Positions 45,856 through 62,169 of a stretch of 64,000 bases of DNA are shown piece by piece; the stretch's first letter is position 1, and each line of letters starts with the position of its first letter. The notes below the pieces were generated by a model that did no database searches, had not been told where the DNA came from, and was given only the letters and a program-made list of their open reading frames with translations. The translations under genes and the position numbers were made by a program. This DNA comes from the human T2T-CHM13v2.0 reference genome, Homo sapiens, in the NCBI RefSeq assembly GCF_009914755.1, contig NC_060932.1; one strand, 5' to 3'.

Positions 45856-46184
45856 CCACTAAATATTTTACTTAACTGTTCAGTGACTTTGATTCTTTAT
45901 ATAATCCATTTATGTAAAAGCAATAGATTATGCTTTCTTTTCATTTAATAATTCTAATATTTATTTGGTACTAATCTGTGCCTAATTTGCATATTTGGGG
46001 ATTATATATTATATTTTCTTTGTATTCTGTATAATTATGCAAGCTATGTATATACTTGTATAGAGCAAGTATTCTCAACTTATGAGGCTTTAAGTACTAT
46101 AGTTATGTTTTTTCATATTATACAAATGAAGCAATTCTATTATATTTCAAACAAATTCTATTATATTTCTTGAGTGAACTTCTA

Positions 46185-46497
<313 letters not shown>

Positions 46498-47890
46498 GAA
46501 CTTTTATTTTTAAATTGAGTTTACGTACCAAAATTGTACTATTTTTTTTATTTAGGGGAAAATGAGTTAATGTAAATTTGGCTATTTAGTTACTAAAGGA
46601 GTGAGGAGAGTTAATATCTAGAAATAAATTATATATAACTATATTTAGGACACACTATTTTGTCACATGAGAAGAGCTAGAAGGAGCTCCTAAATGCAAG
46701 ACCATATACATAGATCAATTATCATAACTTCTGCTTGTTTCTACAAAGCACAGAAGGACTGGCATTCTTTCTTATACAGATGGCCTAATTTTATTATCAA
46801 GGACTAGTAAAGGTCTTTAAAAATTAATGTGGCAATTTAATTATGGCAAGGATGGAGAACTAAAGATCAATTATTCTAAAATTAATGTACACATTTTTTG
46901 ATATAGACCTTCCATGTTTGAAATGGTTTGTACATAATATTCCCCTAAAATATTATCTAATTCAGCTAATTACATGAATGATTTGTACGTAGTTTAAATT
47001 AACATAGTATGCTAAAGGTAAAGCCATATGCACTTTGTATTTCATTGCAATTTGATTTAACATTTTTAATGTCTGAAGGTGTGTTGGTTTACATCTACTT
47101 TAAAGATCATCCAGAGAACAATTATTGTGGCCACACTTTAAGGTAAGGGATCATGAAACACAGCATTGTTAGAGCAGACCCCCAAACCACTTTAGGTCCT
47201 TCTGACCTGAATCCAGGTGGCCTTTTTCTCATGCAAAGTCATTGTAGGTTCTTAAGCTTTACACAGCATCAGCCTCTACTTTCTTGGATTGTAAAACGTG
47301 TACTTTTCCAGTTAGTTACCTGTCCACATAGAATGACTGCACCCTGACACTTGTCAATGGGTTCAACCCAGCTCGCTGCTGCTCTATATTCTTTGAAAGC
47401 TCAGCTGAAGATGCTAGACATATAGGGACCCTTTGAAGTGTATGTGCTCAGCCCTGCTGTTCCTGGGTCTCTGTGCAAGTCTATTGTGGGTTCAGACAGA
47501 CCACCTGCTGCTGGCCCCCTGCAAAGCTCTATCATAATTTGATGTAATGCCAGATGACTGTTCTGTATTTATCTTTCTTAGGAGTGGCCTTGTAATTTAT
47601 ATTCTGTTTACAGTATGGATGGTAGTGGTGTTTTCATAATGAGAACTCATAAGAAATATTTTCTTCATGCACTGGGTTCCAGAAGGAGTTTTGCTCTGAG
47701 TTTACTTACTACCACGTGATTCACACGGTGATTATAGCTTTCTTTTGTGTTGGCTTCTAAAAGGCAAGGTCAAATTTGCAATCCTTATTTACCCAGCAAG
47801 AAATGACTCTTCGCACACGTCTTAGTGTCCTCAGGGTTGCTCCATCTTGCATTCTTATCTTCGACTTTCCTTTGTCTCATTTTTTAATTA

Positions 47891-48184
47891 ATTTTTTTTT
47901 TTTGAGACAGAGTCTCACTCTGTTGCCCAGGCTGGAGTGCGGTGGTGCTTTTTTGGCTCACTGCAACCTCTGCCTCCAGGGTTCAAGCAATTCCCTCCCT
48001 CAGCCTCCTGAGTAGCTCGGACTACAGGTGTGTGCCACCACACTGGCTAATTTTTTTGTATTTTTAGTAGAAATGGGGTTTCACCATGTTGGCCAGTATG
48101 GTCTTGATCTCCTGATCTCGTGATCTGCCCGCCTCGGCCTCCCAAAGTGCTGGGATTACAGATGTGAGCCACTGTTTCTGGCTG
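47891..48184 (-). mobile_element. Alu
   Basis: Reverse-complement Alu consensus. Confidence 0.9.
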
Positions 48185-49188
48185 AATTAAATTTTTAACC
48201 AGCATTTTAGAAAAATTTCATGTAGCTTTGCAGTCCTTATCCTTTAAATACTATTTGAAATAAGGAGATAAATAAATACACATTAAATTGTCCCAATTTC
48301 ACTGCATATGTACTGAGAGGTATTTAGGGAATGGGCAGTATTTCCAAGGAGCAGTCAGAACATCTAGTGAAAAGCTCTTTTACTGAGCATGTGAATGCTG
48401 GAAAGACTGGAAGAGGCAGGCCTGTCCCCAGCAGCCAGGGCTTTATTTCTCCTCTGCATGTACACTCCCCTCCTTTGGCGCTTAGAGGTGAGGACCCATG
48501 GAGGGAGAGAATCCCCAACAAGGACCGCTTTAAATACAGCAGATGAAGGCCTTGGAAGGAAACAGTAGGAAGCTTTCCCTCCCTTGGATACTGCATGTCT
48601 TCTTTTTAAAAATCACACACACAAATTAAAAAGATTGAGCAATGCTTTCAGGGAAAGTAGCAACAGTGAAAGTCCCCAGCTCAATTCTAGTCATGTGCCA
48701 AAGATGCCATCAAATAAAGTCTCCAGAGCAAAATAATTGCTCTGTCATTGTTTCTCAAATGCTTTGGAACGATCTTTGATGGAAAACAACACAGGCCCCA
48801 GATAATGCTCATTAGAAATCTCCAGAAAATGCATTCAAGTATCAAAGGAAAATTGGAGGATCCAAACAGAGAACTCAGAAACTGTGTCTCTGAACTTGGA
48901 GAGGGGATTGACACTAAGGAAATATCTAGGGAAATGTAGATGTAGGTAAAGATCTGGATGCTAAGTCCAAACCTTCCAGAATCTCTATAAAAATATCATG
49001 TTGGGCACAGAAGAACACAATTGAAGGATTCACATACAGATGCCAGAAACTGCTTCCTGAAATTTTATAGCAGATTTATACCAGAAAAACGCGCACGTAC
49101 ACACACACACACACATACACACACACGAGAGAGAAAGAGAACACACACACGTGAGAGAGACTGAAGGACACAACTTCCACTAGTGTAT

Positions 49189-49499
49189 CTTTGTTGTTGT
49201 TGTTTTGTTTAGAGATAGGGCCTCTCGCAGTTGTCCAGGCTGGAGTGCAGTGGCCCTATCATATCTCACTACATCAGCCTCGATCCTGGGCTCCTGGTCT
49301 CTACAATCCTCCTATCTCAGCTTCCAGAGTAACTGGGACTACAGGTGTGCCCCACCACACTGGGCTAATATTTTTTTTTTTTAGAGATAGGGTCTGGCTA
49401 TGTTGCCCAGGCTGGTCACAAACTCCTGACCTCAAGCAATCCTCTATCCTTGGTCTCCCAAAGTGCTGGGATTACAGGCGTGAGCCAGCATGCCCTGCC
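49189..49499 (-). mobile_element. Old Alu (AluJ-like), preceded by a (CA)n/(GA)n compound repeat at ~49090-49160
   Basis: Diverged reverse-complement Alu. Confidence 0.85.
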
Positions 49500-49761
49500 A
49501 ACCACAAGTGTATCTTAATCCATCATACCCCACTGCCTGACTTTCTCTGTTGGAGATCACTCCTTATTTAAAAATAAGGAAAACACCAAAAAATTGGTTT
49601 TTAAACAAAGTTATAATTTTAGTTCAAATCTGAGGAAACCTTTCTTCTTGTACATTAAAATTATGCTTCCCACCTAGAGAATACTTTGACACACGGAACG
49701 CTTTGGGGAGCCAGGGTCTACACCCTGCAGGAGGTGGTGACAGCCAGCCCTGTGCTCTTAC

Positions 49762-49850
49762 CCCCAGTTGCTTTGAGCTTGATGGTCATGAGTTCTTCAG
49801 AAACCTTGCCCTTTTTGATAACTTGTGCATTGAGAGGACATCCAGATAAG
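49762..49850 (-). CDS. ST18: ST18 coding exon, 89 bp (S-LSGCPLNAQVIKKGKVSEELMTIKLKATG-G)
   Basis: Acceptor attttcacAG and donor G|GTAAGA. The frame is continuous with both neighbouring exons and completes the last finger. Confidence 0.95.
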
Positions 49851-51685
49851 CTGTGAAAATAGAAATTGTACTAATGTATGAAATGTATATGATTTCTTAT
49901 AAAAATTAAAATGTTTTATTCACAACCTACTATTTGTGTTTTTGCTGCCGATTAATTACATTATAACCCACAGTCTCTTTGTAGAGAGTAATGAATACAT
50001 ACCCATTAAAGCAAAGGCCAAAGGCCCTCAAATAATGTAAAATGTTTTGCTTTCTTTCCTTAAATCAAGGTACAAATAGTTACTGCTGATACACAATTAT
50101 TATTTAATTTATTTTGTTAAATTGCTATTCATCTCCATTCAAGTAAGTTCTTTTGTTTAGTAGTGGTTACTTTATTTTCTGTAAATGTGAAATTGTACAT
50201 ATATATTATGAATAAGAATTGTTCCCAATTAGTCAAAATTCCATGAGTAATAAAGCAGAATCTAGTTCTTCCTTCCTTTATATAAAGTGTTCCTTGACCT
50301 TTATAGAATGACTCAAATTAATACAAGTCAAAATAAAGCCCTACCCCACGCCCCCATGGCAAATTCAGTTTGGTTATGGGAATGTTTTTAATTTTTTTCT
50401 TTAACTTTTACAACATTTTTCATTAAAAAATTCTCTACCCTGGAAGGAGAATAAGAGGAGCTGCCACAAGTGTATTCAGATGCAATCACTGCAGAGGCAG
50501 TCTATTACATTGCAGTGGTGTTTATAACCCTTCCATTTAGTAGTGGCACTCTTCAGCAGGGTTTCTTTCCCTTAATGTCATCTGTTTTATTTAAATTGCA
50601 CCAGCATGATAAATGACAACATTGAAGAAAACTTGTTTTTCAACGTTTATGATCAGATAATTTTGTTGTTCTATCCAGCCATTAATTCTTTTGCAATCTT
50701 GCTGTGTTTTCGTAGAAACAATTTTTAGATCAAAATAGTGATGATCATAATCAGTCATTTAAAGTCTTTTTTTCTGCAGAAAGTTAGTTACAACTCATCT
50801 GTAAAGAAATCATTTCACTCTGAAGCTTGGGACATTTGGCAGGGTGAAAGAAAATATTTCTGAAGAAAAGCCCTTAATAAATGTGTGCTTAATTACTGTA
50901 TTTTTTCAAGAATGCTAATTATTCTACACTAAGAGTCTATGAAATATAGAAAATAATAGACATATACTATTACATATATAGAAAAGGCTATGCAGTTTGC
51001 CTAATTTGATAAGCTATAGATTTTTCTACACAGAAAAAGAAAATAATGAAAAGCACAAACTCAACTTGGAAACTGTGTCTTCTATTTTCAGAAGCTTCTC
51101 ACTGTCAACTGTGGCCTATAAAAGTTTCATTATCTGTTTTATGGGAAGTTTGCATGTCTGTCTTGTTTTATGTCACATATTGTATTCTGAGAAAATAATC
51201 ATGAATATTTATTTGGTAAACTGGATATTTAAAGGTGACCTTCAGTGAGTCCATTTGTAACATAATGGATATTAATACCTCATTAGAACTTCTCTCATCC
51301 TCACCCTTAAAGGATCTACTCTGTGCAGACAACATGCCAGAGAACTTTCAGGGTGACACAGTGTTGTGGAAAAGTTAATGAAGCGTCCATCCATAATTAC
51401 ATGACTTAGAAGCAAAGAATATAGTTATGAAAGAGAGGCTTTGCTTCCAAAATGCCACTTGATTTTGTGTCTTCCAATGTAGAGATTTAATATCTTCCAG
51501 GATGTAAAATGAATCTTAAATTAAAAAAAAAAAAAGGGCAGGAAAAATATTTTAGAAGTCCTTTTTCCTTTTGAAGGCAGATTTTAAGAGGCTGAGGTAT
51601 TTGGCTCCATACTGGAAAGGCAGAAAAAAACGTGCCTTATATGGTTTTGACCAAAATTACCATTCTATTATGACATATTAAGGGA

Positions 51686-51978
51686 TTTTTTTTTTTTGAG
51701 GCGGGGTCTCACCAAGCCACCCAGGCTGAAGTGCGCTGGCACAATTTGGCTCACTGCAACCTCCACCTCCTGGGCTCAAGAAATTCTCCTGCCTCAGCCT
51801 CCCAAGTAGCTGGGATTATAGGTGCACACCACCACACCTGGCTAATTTTTGTATTTTTAGTAGAGACGGGGTTTCACCATATTGGCCAGGCTGGACTCGA
51901 ACTCCTGACAGCAAGTGATCTGCCCGCCTTGGCCTCCCAAAGTGCTGGGATTACAGGCGTGATCCACGGTGCCCAGCT
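51686..51978 (-). mobile_element. Alu
   Basis: Reverse-complement Alu consensus. Confidence 0.9.
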
Positions 51979-52893
51979 GCAATTTTAAATTATATCTTCA
52001 TCTGCCTTCTTAAAGCAAAATGGCAGGTGATACAATGTATCTCGTGAACATAATTGCTTACAATATATTATTACTAAGTTTCAATAAAATCACAAAGATA
52101 TGGCATAGCACTAAATGAGTTCTGTCAATCACAGGACTTCTGATTTTAAAGCTACAAACATCCATAATTGTGTGTGTGTTTTAATATATCACTTGTCTTC
52201 TCAGATTGCTATTTTTTTCAAAGGGAAAATTTTGTCACATAGAGATTTAAAGCAAGGTTTGAAGGTAGTTATTATATAAATATAATATGGATATAGTGTG
52301 TGGGTCAAATTGTTCTTAAACGTCCTACAAAGTGTGTTTTGTAATGATTCCCATTTTGGTTGAGAAAAGTCTATGCACTAGTGCCTGTGACACCTCAGCT
52401 TGGTGCCTGGCCCATGGTGAGGACCCATCATTAAACCTTAGGGGAAGTGGGGTGACACTGGCTTTCACGTGCCAACCTGTATTCAAAGCAATTCCATAAC
52501 TTTCCTGTGCTTGTTTCATCTTCTGTCAACTGAGGATAATTATAATAACTATAGCTCACAGGGTTTTGCAAAGTTTTAAAGGAATAAACTGTACAAGTTA
52601 CTTATAAGGGTGCTGTCTGTGGGCAAGAACCCTGAATACATGTCAGCTATTACTAGGTAACAAGTGATGGGAAAGAAATTGAACAATCTCAGAGATTTCA
52701 GATTCAAAATATGTAACATATAAAAGCCAGTTGTGAGTTATATTCCAAGTCATGTAAGTCATCCTGCATATATATACATATAGGCTTAATATTATCTTCA
52801 CAAACAGGAAAGAAGATCATCTGTGTTGAACCCCTACTGCGTGCCAGGCATAAGCGAGGCGTTTTGCCATATTATTCCATTAAATTCTACATA

Positions 52894-53390
<497 letters not shown>

Positions 53391-53472
53391 TCGAGTCAAG
53401 AATGCTGAAATCTGAATTACCTTTGTCTAAATTCTTCACTGCTTCCCATCTCCTAGAAAATAATAACTTGGA

Positions 53473-53758
53473 GGCTGGGTGTGGTGGCCCATGCCTGTAA
53501 TTCCAGCACTTTGGGAGGCCAAGGTGGGCAGATCACCTGAGGTCAGGAGTTCGAGACCAGCCTGACCAACATGGCAAAACCCTGTCTCTACTAAAAATAC
53601 AAAAATTAGCCTGGTGTGGTGGCATGCACCTGTAGTCCCAGCCACTCAGGAGGCTGAGGCAGAAGAATCATTTGAACTGGGGAGGCAGAGGTTGCAGTGA
53701 GCCGAGGTCGAGCCCACTGCACTCCAGCATGGGCGACAGAGTGAGACTCTGTTTCAAA

Positions 53759-53799
<41 letters not shown>

Positions 53800-53834
53800 A
53801 AGAAAAAGAAAGAAAGAAAGAAAGAAAGAAAGAA

Positions 53835-53870
<36 letters not shown>

Positions 53871-53883
53871 AAAAGAAAAGAAA
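53473..53883 (+). mobile_element. Alu with a ~130-bp (GAAA)n/(GA)n tail
   Basis: Alu consensus; diverged TSD agaaaata(a/g)ta(a/c)cttgg. Confidence 0.9.
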
Positions 53884-53997
53884 ATAGTACCTTGGCATTA
53901 ATATTGCAGCCTATATTTTTGAAATCAGAATTTTCTTTTTGTTATTATGAAATACATAATATGTAAACAGGAACCTATGATGTGTATTTGCAGTTAA

Positions 53998-54155
<158 letters not shown>

Positions 54156-55663
54156 ATAAGCACTACTTATTTACCCACTCCACTGTTAGTGGGCACCAAG
54201 GTTGTTTCCAGTCTGGAGTTAGTAGAGCAACACTGCTCAGATGTGGTCAGACAGATCTCCGGGTTCTCATATGCAGAGATCCTCCGGGCATAAGTCTGAG
54301 TGTGTGCTGGGGCAAGTGCATTTGTTGTTTTCAAATTGACTCTTTAAAGATAATTTGCTTCTTAAAGTGGCACTATCAGTTGCTTTGCCACCTACAGAGT
54401 ATGGGAGTATCTGTTGCTCCATATCCTCACCAAGCCTTGGCATCATCATTTAAAACTTCTTCACAAGTTTTAAAGATAACTTCATTATTGCTAACTGAGG
54501 GATGTGCTCACCACAGTACAGCATTAATATTTCATTAGCAGTATCAACATGGATATTACTGAGGTCATTACAAGGAATTCAAGCTATTGTACAGTAAATG
54601 TGCCATTAGGCATACTTGATTTGTGACTGAAGTTCCTGAATATGAAATAATAATTCAAATTCAGAATAAAATAATGTGTGCTATTGTGGACATAAGTCTA
54701 CATTTGAAAACCATCAAAAAATAAACCACTGGAAAAAGTCAAGTTTTCTCCATAAACAGGTTTTACTGAATATTTAAATATCTTTAAACAAGCAATTCCT
54801 GGAAGGCTTTATTTTCTGATATCATCCGTATATAACTTTAGAACTGAGCAAAATCTCAAAAAGCCCCAATTTTGCTCAATGTTTACACTGCTTATATACA
54901 AAACATTAACGGTTTCCTAAAGCTTCATTGGATTTTAAACCAGCATCATGTACAGTGGCCCAAAAGACAAGACAGGACCCCCTGTAGGGAGAAATATGTA
55001 GGGAAGCTTCTAATCTTTCCCTTTAGGTGGAATGTGAACCAAAAAGCTGGACAAAGATCACTGTTGCCCAAGAAAGGGCTTGGTTGAATGCATGACACTC
55101 GGTGGTAAAGGAATTCAGTCACTGGGAAGCTATAAAAGGGTTTCTAGATCTCCTGTATCCTGCTGCACACTTTGCAGTCACTGTGTCATTTTCTTTCTGG
55201 CTGCTGCGGATGAGTCACATCCTCCCAGTAGCAAAATAACTACAATTTTGCCCCCAAATTGAGCCAGTCCATAAGACAGAGGGAATGCTATAAATATGTA
55301 AAGTAAAAGTTTGCAATTACATAACATAATAGAATAGATATCACCACTTGGAACTGAAGTAAACCATTAAATGACTGAACCGTTAAGAAATAGCAGCCTA
55401 AGCAATATTTTAGAATACAAATAAAACCAACTGTACATTTTCTAGAGCACTTGAAAACTGTGTAGTAATTTTAAGAAATAGAGAGAATAACATTTTTCAT
55501 TCTTCATGCTCATCCAGTATCTATACAGCAAGACTTCATGTTATGACATCTCAACTGCTACAGTGAACAACCTTTAGGGGGTTGTTCACAACCCTCTCCC
55601 CAAGGCAGCCTAGGCGACAACCGATCACAACACTACAACAAAAAGACAGAAAACTCATGTTAC

Positions 55664-55885
55664 CTTCGGTGGGTGACAAAAACATTATTTACATGGCCCA
55701 GCCCATTGCAGCCTGGCAAGGGACAATGTGGTAGCTCTTGTTTGTTCAGTTTCCAGGAGAGGGAGGCTCCATTGAGAGGATTCTCCTTCTGTCTCTTGGC
55801 AGCCAGAGGACAGCCAGAAGCTGTGCGGTGTGATGTGTATTTACCTGATATGTGACCTTGGCCATCACACCCTATCACAGGACAT
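55664..55885 (-). CDS. ST18: ST18 coding exon, 222 bp, phase 2-2; one complete finger plus the start of the last finger ([26 protein letters not shown]...[21 protein letters not shown])
   Basis: Matches ORF 55660..55878. Acceptor ctttctctcTAG and donor AG|GTAACA. Confidence 0.97.
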
Positions 55886-56762
55886 CTAGAGAGAAAGCAG
55901 AGACATTACCAGCCAGGAAGAAGGCAGTGATAGTCCTATGCTCTCCAGAGAACAAACCATGCAATTATAGAGTTTTAATAAAAGATGCCACCATAACTAG
56001 CAAAACAGCATTGCATAAACAGGCTCAGAGCTACGCGATTTTCATGCATTATCTCACTTAATATTCACTACAATCTACTGGGTAGAGAGTATTATTATCC
56101 CATTTTGTAGATGAGGAATAATGAAGCTTAGAGAGCTCAGGTAACCTGCCGCCCATTTTATAAGAAGTGGAGCCAAGTTCATGCCCACACTTTTTAGGTC
56201 TAGAGCCAACCACATAAGGACTATGTTATGTTGCTTCCGAAGACCAAAGGTATAACATGTTAACTGCCTTAACAGACGCTGCATAGCACATTACTCATAG
56301 AACTGGAATTTGAGTTTCTAAATGTTTAAATATTGCATTTAGAACTGTTGTTGAGAAAACAACTTAATCTATATCTGCATATATCATCCATGACCTTTCT
56401 TAGAGGAAGGAATTCAATTTAGATATAATTTCACCTTAAGCAAAATTAAAGTTTCGGGGGAAAATGCTGCCATATTTATCATTGTATAGTACTTCCACAA
56501 TAATACTTTCCTTTAAAACAATTGAGAAATGTATGAAACTGTTACTTTTTAAAACAATCTTTTGCATTATCAAAGAGCTGTGGAAGTGTAGATATAAATT
56601 GGAAACTTTTCTCAAACCACCAAATAGTTTGACTCTTGCTTATATTTAATAGGGTACACCTTCCCTGAAACTCAATCCGTGTTCAATTGCATCCCAACCA
56701 AGTTCCCTCCCATTTTACCAACAAGAGACAGCTGACCCCCATGTCTCAACTGTTGCACTTAC

Positions 56763-56843
56763 TTCAGTTCAGGGTCTTCTTTTTCTTCCTTGGTAGGGGT
56801 CATTTTGACACCACCTTTCCTTGCACGAGGGCATCCGGACAAG
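56763..56843 (-). CDS. ST18: ST18 coding exon, 81 bp, phase 2-2 ([28 protein letters not shown])
   Basis: Acceptor ccctatttCAG follows a 101-bp intron; donor AA|GTAAGT. The peptide is at the end of ORF 56759..57073. Confidence 0.96.
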
Positions 56844-56943
56844 CTGAAATAGGGACCCGACAAAGAACAAAGCAAAATTATGTGATCTCTCTGACTGCTG
56901 CCGACAAGCTCATTTCCACATCTCAGAAATAAGATCAATCCTA

Positions 56944-57063
<120 letters not shown>

Positions 57064-57269
57064 TCACACTCAAGTTATTTAGGTTCTTCAGTAATCACAT
57101 TAATGTTCCAAGTCTCTGTAGTTCACGTGGAGGGAGGCGGGGTCACACAGCCAAATGTAACTAAAAACAAAGAGCTGCTTTCTGTGTGAGACTGTTTTTG
57201 CTTAAATATAATTATCTTTTGGTTAATAATCAATTTAAATATTTTTAAGGATATATGACTACTGAGTGA

Positions 57270-57755
<486 letters not shown>

Positions 57756-58988
57756 TAATTTATTTTCTCTGATATGCTGTGCGACTATGATAATCCATAG
57801 ATTTCAGATGAACAACAGTGATACACGTGAACTGCAGAGACTTGGAACATTTATGGGATTATCAAAGAACCTCAATAATTTGCACCTGGTCTGTCCTGCT
57901 TCACGGCCCAAGTCAAACAGTCTTTGGGGGAAAATCCATCAATAACTACACCAACAATCAACCATTAAATTTGGAATGAGAAAAGTGAAAGATGACAGGG
58001 AATCCAATTTCTACTAGGAATGCTGATTAGGAATAGGTTTCAAAATATTCTTAAATATAAAATTTTACGCAGACTTTCACCTTTTTGCTGTCTTTTTAGA
58101 AAATCCCCAATACAAACAAAAACTAGAGGCCATCACAAAATACTTGCTTTTCTGAATGCACACTGTGGTTCACATCAAATTTCCATTTGAGAAAAACAAT
58201 AATCCAAAGAAAAATGTGTTTACTATCCCTTTCCTTACATTCCATTCCCCTGAACTTTCACAGAATGCATTTATATTCAAGCCTGAGTCAGAAAATAGGG
58301 AACAAATTGCCTTTTTTTTTTCTTTTTTCAAATGTAATATAAAATGAGCATGCATCTCTTCTGGCTAACCAGAGCAACCTGCATTGAGTCTTTTATCAAC
58401 CATTTAAAGACATAATATGTATCTTCCATTATAAGAAAGTTTTACATGCTGGTCTTTTTCTATTAACATTTTTTAGTAAAAAAGTGGTTTTATAGCATAT
58501 TGATTGGAAATATCTGTGCTGAGTAACCGTTCGTTTTGGGGCATTCTCCATGAATATCTAAACAAGAGGTCAATAAAATGTCTCTTTGATTTTTCTTGCA
58601 TGGAAGAAATTTTCTTGTATGGAAAAAACATATCTATGGAAAAAACCAAAGACATTACTTATTAGATAGCTGTATAAAAATATTAAATAATGAATATTCC
58701 TATAGGATCTCTCAATTTACATGTTTTCAGTGTATTACCAACATTTTTCTAGAAGCAAGTTTTAGAGAAAATATTTAAGAGACCCAATAGCTATAATTAA
58801 GATGTGGCAATGTAGAAGTTTAGAGCAATTCAGTAAGATGTTTTGGTACATCTCACTTTTCACTCTGTTAATTATTAGTCTCTACTTACTACTTATATTT
58901 TAGTCTAGAAAAATGCCAGTCAATAAAATGACTTCTAAAATCCACACTGACAAAGTAAATTGCACCTTACACTGAAAATGAGAAAAGT

Positions 58989-59324
58989 GGCCAGGCACGG
59001 TGGCTCATATAATCCCAGCACTTTAGGAGGCCGAGGCGGGCAGATCACCTGGGGTCAGGAGTTTGAGACCAGCCTGGCCAACATGGTGAAACAGTGTCTC
59101 TACTAAAAATACAAAAAGCACTCAGGCATGGTTGTGCATGCCTGTAATCCCAGCTACTCAGGAGGCTGAGACAGGCAATCGCTTGAACCTGGGAGGCGGA
59201 GGTTGCAGTGAGCCGAGACTGTGCCGTTGCACTCCAGCCTGGGCACCTGGGCAACAAGACCGAAACTCCATCTCAAAAAAAAAAAAAAAAAAAAAAAGAA
59301 AGAAAGAAAAAAGGAAAAAAGACA
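58989..59324 (+). mobile_element. Alu
   Basis: Alu consensus; TSD gaaaatgagaaaagt on both sides. Confidence 0.93.
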
Positions 59325-60295
59325 GAAAATGAGAAAAGTATATTTCACAGTTTATTTTACTACTTTTGGTACTAAGATTCCAAATTTTCATATCTGTCCA
59401 TTATCACATCTTCTTTCATAAACTTAGTTTTTAAAATTTTTAGATAAAAAAATTTTAAACAGCTTAAAAAAGTGAAGGACTAACAAAATACTAAGAAAAT
59501 ATAATACGTGAAATGTTACATGTGTTTTAGACACCAAACGCTGATGCTGCTGTCTACGCATATTGTTTTACCAGTAGATGTAGTAATACTCATTTTTTCT
59601 AAAGCTTTATTATTTGTAAAAAGATGTAATTAGTTTTGTTTAATCCTATTTCTTTATCTTTTAAAATTTATGCCCTATCATATTTTTAAGGACTAAAAGG
59701 TAGACTATAAATGTTTATTGTTCTATACGTAATATAATAAGATATGAAAATAAACAAATGAGAACTTTGTATTAAAAGAAGATGAGCAGGAAAAATGAAA
59801 TCACAAAGTAAAAGTTAATACACATGTGACTTTGAGATCTTGTAGGTGAGGCAGGAATGAGCCCAAACTCTTGGTTTGGGTGTTTTTGGCACCCAAGAGT
59901 GAAAGGCAGTTGTACGAATCAAAATACCCAGCAGGTTAAGGATTATGCAATTTCTTTAAAATTAAATGGCAGGTATGCTTTGAGACTCCTTCACAGGTCT
60001 GATTTAATACATAGACTGTGAAATTTACAGAAAAAAGTATTGTGTTAACTATTACATCACACTTTTAAAAATTATTATAAAATACAAAGCCCCGGAAGCA
60101 AGCAAATTAACTAAATTAAATTACAGTGATTTTGTTTCAGTCATCCCAGCGCTTTAGTCAGAAAGTGCCTTTGCTGTGATCCTGGCAGGCAGGACATACT
60201 GCTTGTTGCTGATCACTTGGGCAATGAATGGGCACTGAACGAGAGGGTCCTACCGTGTGGATGAAGGGCAAGCCGGCCACGCTTCCCGCACTTAC

Positions 60296-60364
60296 TTAAG
60301 CTCCTGAGAGTTGGCAGCCATGAGGGATTTTAGAGTCTTATCTGCTAAAGGACATCCAGAAACA
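60296..60364 (-). CDS. ST18: ST18 coding exon, 69 bp, phase 2-2 (S-VSGCPLADKTLKSLMAANSQEL-K)
   Basis: Acceptor ccctctctAG and donor AA|GTAAGT. It completes the finger begun in exon 61127-61189. The peptide is at the end of ORF 60292..60543. Confidence 0.96.
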
Positions 60365-61038
60365 CTAGAGAGGGATGAGGAAAAAAACACAACACAACAC
60401 TGACATATACAAATCTGAGTCAAATGGCATCCTGAGTCGTGAACATACGTTAAATTATTGGTGACTGGGGATTGGGAAAAAAAAATAACTGGCTTTGAAT
60501 CTGGCTTTGCTCTTCTCGCCAGTCTGGGCTGGTGGCACTTCAACTATTTCTCATAGACTCAGATTTTCTGTTTATCAAATGAATGACTTTAGCCCAATGA
60601 GACCCCCCAACTCTAAAGCTCAGGGATGCAATGATCACCCACACACAGAGTCCATTCCTGCTGCACAGCCAGGTGATGGTGCTTTTCCAAGAGAAGACAA
60701 ATCCCATCAATGGAGATGGTGAGTAGAAAGATTAAAGCAACTCCTTTGCACTGTTTAATCTCTCAAATGCTTCAATTTGTTATTTGCCCAGGATTGAGGG
60801 TATTACTTTTCCTCGGGCAAATGGTCGATTTGAGTCACTGTTGTATTTATTCCTCATTCCACATGAGTCCTCAAGCCACACAGAACCGAAGCCTGACATG
60901 AGCTCAACTTTTCACTTATAACCTGGACTACAGGATCAGAAAACCATTTTGACCAAGAATCATGATTTTTATATCACATAATTTTATTTCTGAAAAAGAA
61001 AATAAACCAAAAACCCAACCAACTCATTTCCTGCTTCA

Positions 61039-61194
<156 letters not shown>

Positions 61195-61526
61195 TCAATA
61201 GAAAATACATCATTAGAGTCAAGCGCATTTCCCAGGTTCATTTCCTCTGCCCAGTAGATTACGGAGGAGGTAGCTTCTCTGTGCGAGATAAGTTAACACA
61301 GTATAGGACATGCAGAAGCTAGTGTACCAAGGATTTATATTATATAAGAACCAGTGGACTACCTGAAAGAAAACTAAAAATCATAGCATGATGAGTTACT
61401 TCCTTAGGTACCTGTTTCAACATCACATTCGATTATTTGATTCCATTGATGTGGGAAAGTGATGTCCTTGTGATGTTGTCAGTTAGCAATCAAAGATGTT
61501 TTAATTCATTTGAAAAATGTATATGT

Positions 61527-61833
61527 TGCCGGGCATGGTGGCTCACGCCTGTAATCCCAGCACTTGGGAGGCCAAGGCAGGTGGATCACCTGAGGTTGGG
61601 AGTTCGAGACCAGCCTGACCAACATGGAGAAACCCCATCTCTTCTAAAAATACAAAATTAGCCAGGCATGGTGGTGCATGCCTGTAATCCCAGCTACTCG
61701 GAGGCTGAGGCAGGAGAATCGGCTGAACTCAGGAGGCGGACATTGTGGTGAGCCGAGATTGCACCATTGCACTGGGCAACAAGAGTAAAACTCTGTCTCA
61801 AAAAAAAAAAAAAAAAAGAAAAGAAAAAGAAAA
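61527..61833 (+). mobile_element. Alu
   Basis: Alu consensus with A-rich tail. Confidence 0.9.
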
Positions 61834-62169
61834 ATACATATGTTATAAAAAATAAATATTAGAAACCCATGCTTTACTATGATAGCAGATCTTAGGAACA
61901 CCAGCACCCATTATATGACATATTCCAGAAAGAAATTTTTGTGAGTTTTTAAGAGCAAGGCAACCTAGTAACTTTATAAACATTTTAGAAACCACTGAAA
62001 ATCTTTGACTAATTAGCGAAGACAATTGCTAATTCACCATTAGCCTAAGAATAGGCTCTCAGGCCATCTGCCAAGAATCTCACTCCATTAAGATGTGTGC
62101 CCCTGCATTTCATTTTATCTCTGAACCTGGTCATGTCCTGTCCACCTTATGTGTGTTGTAAAAATAATA

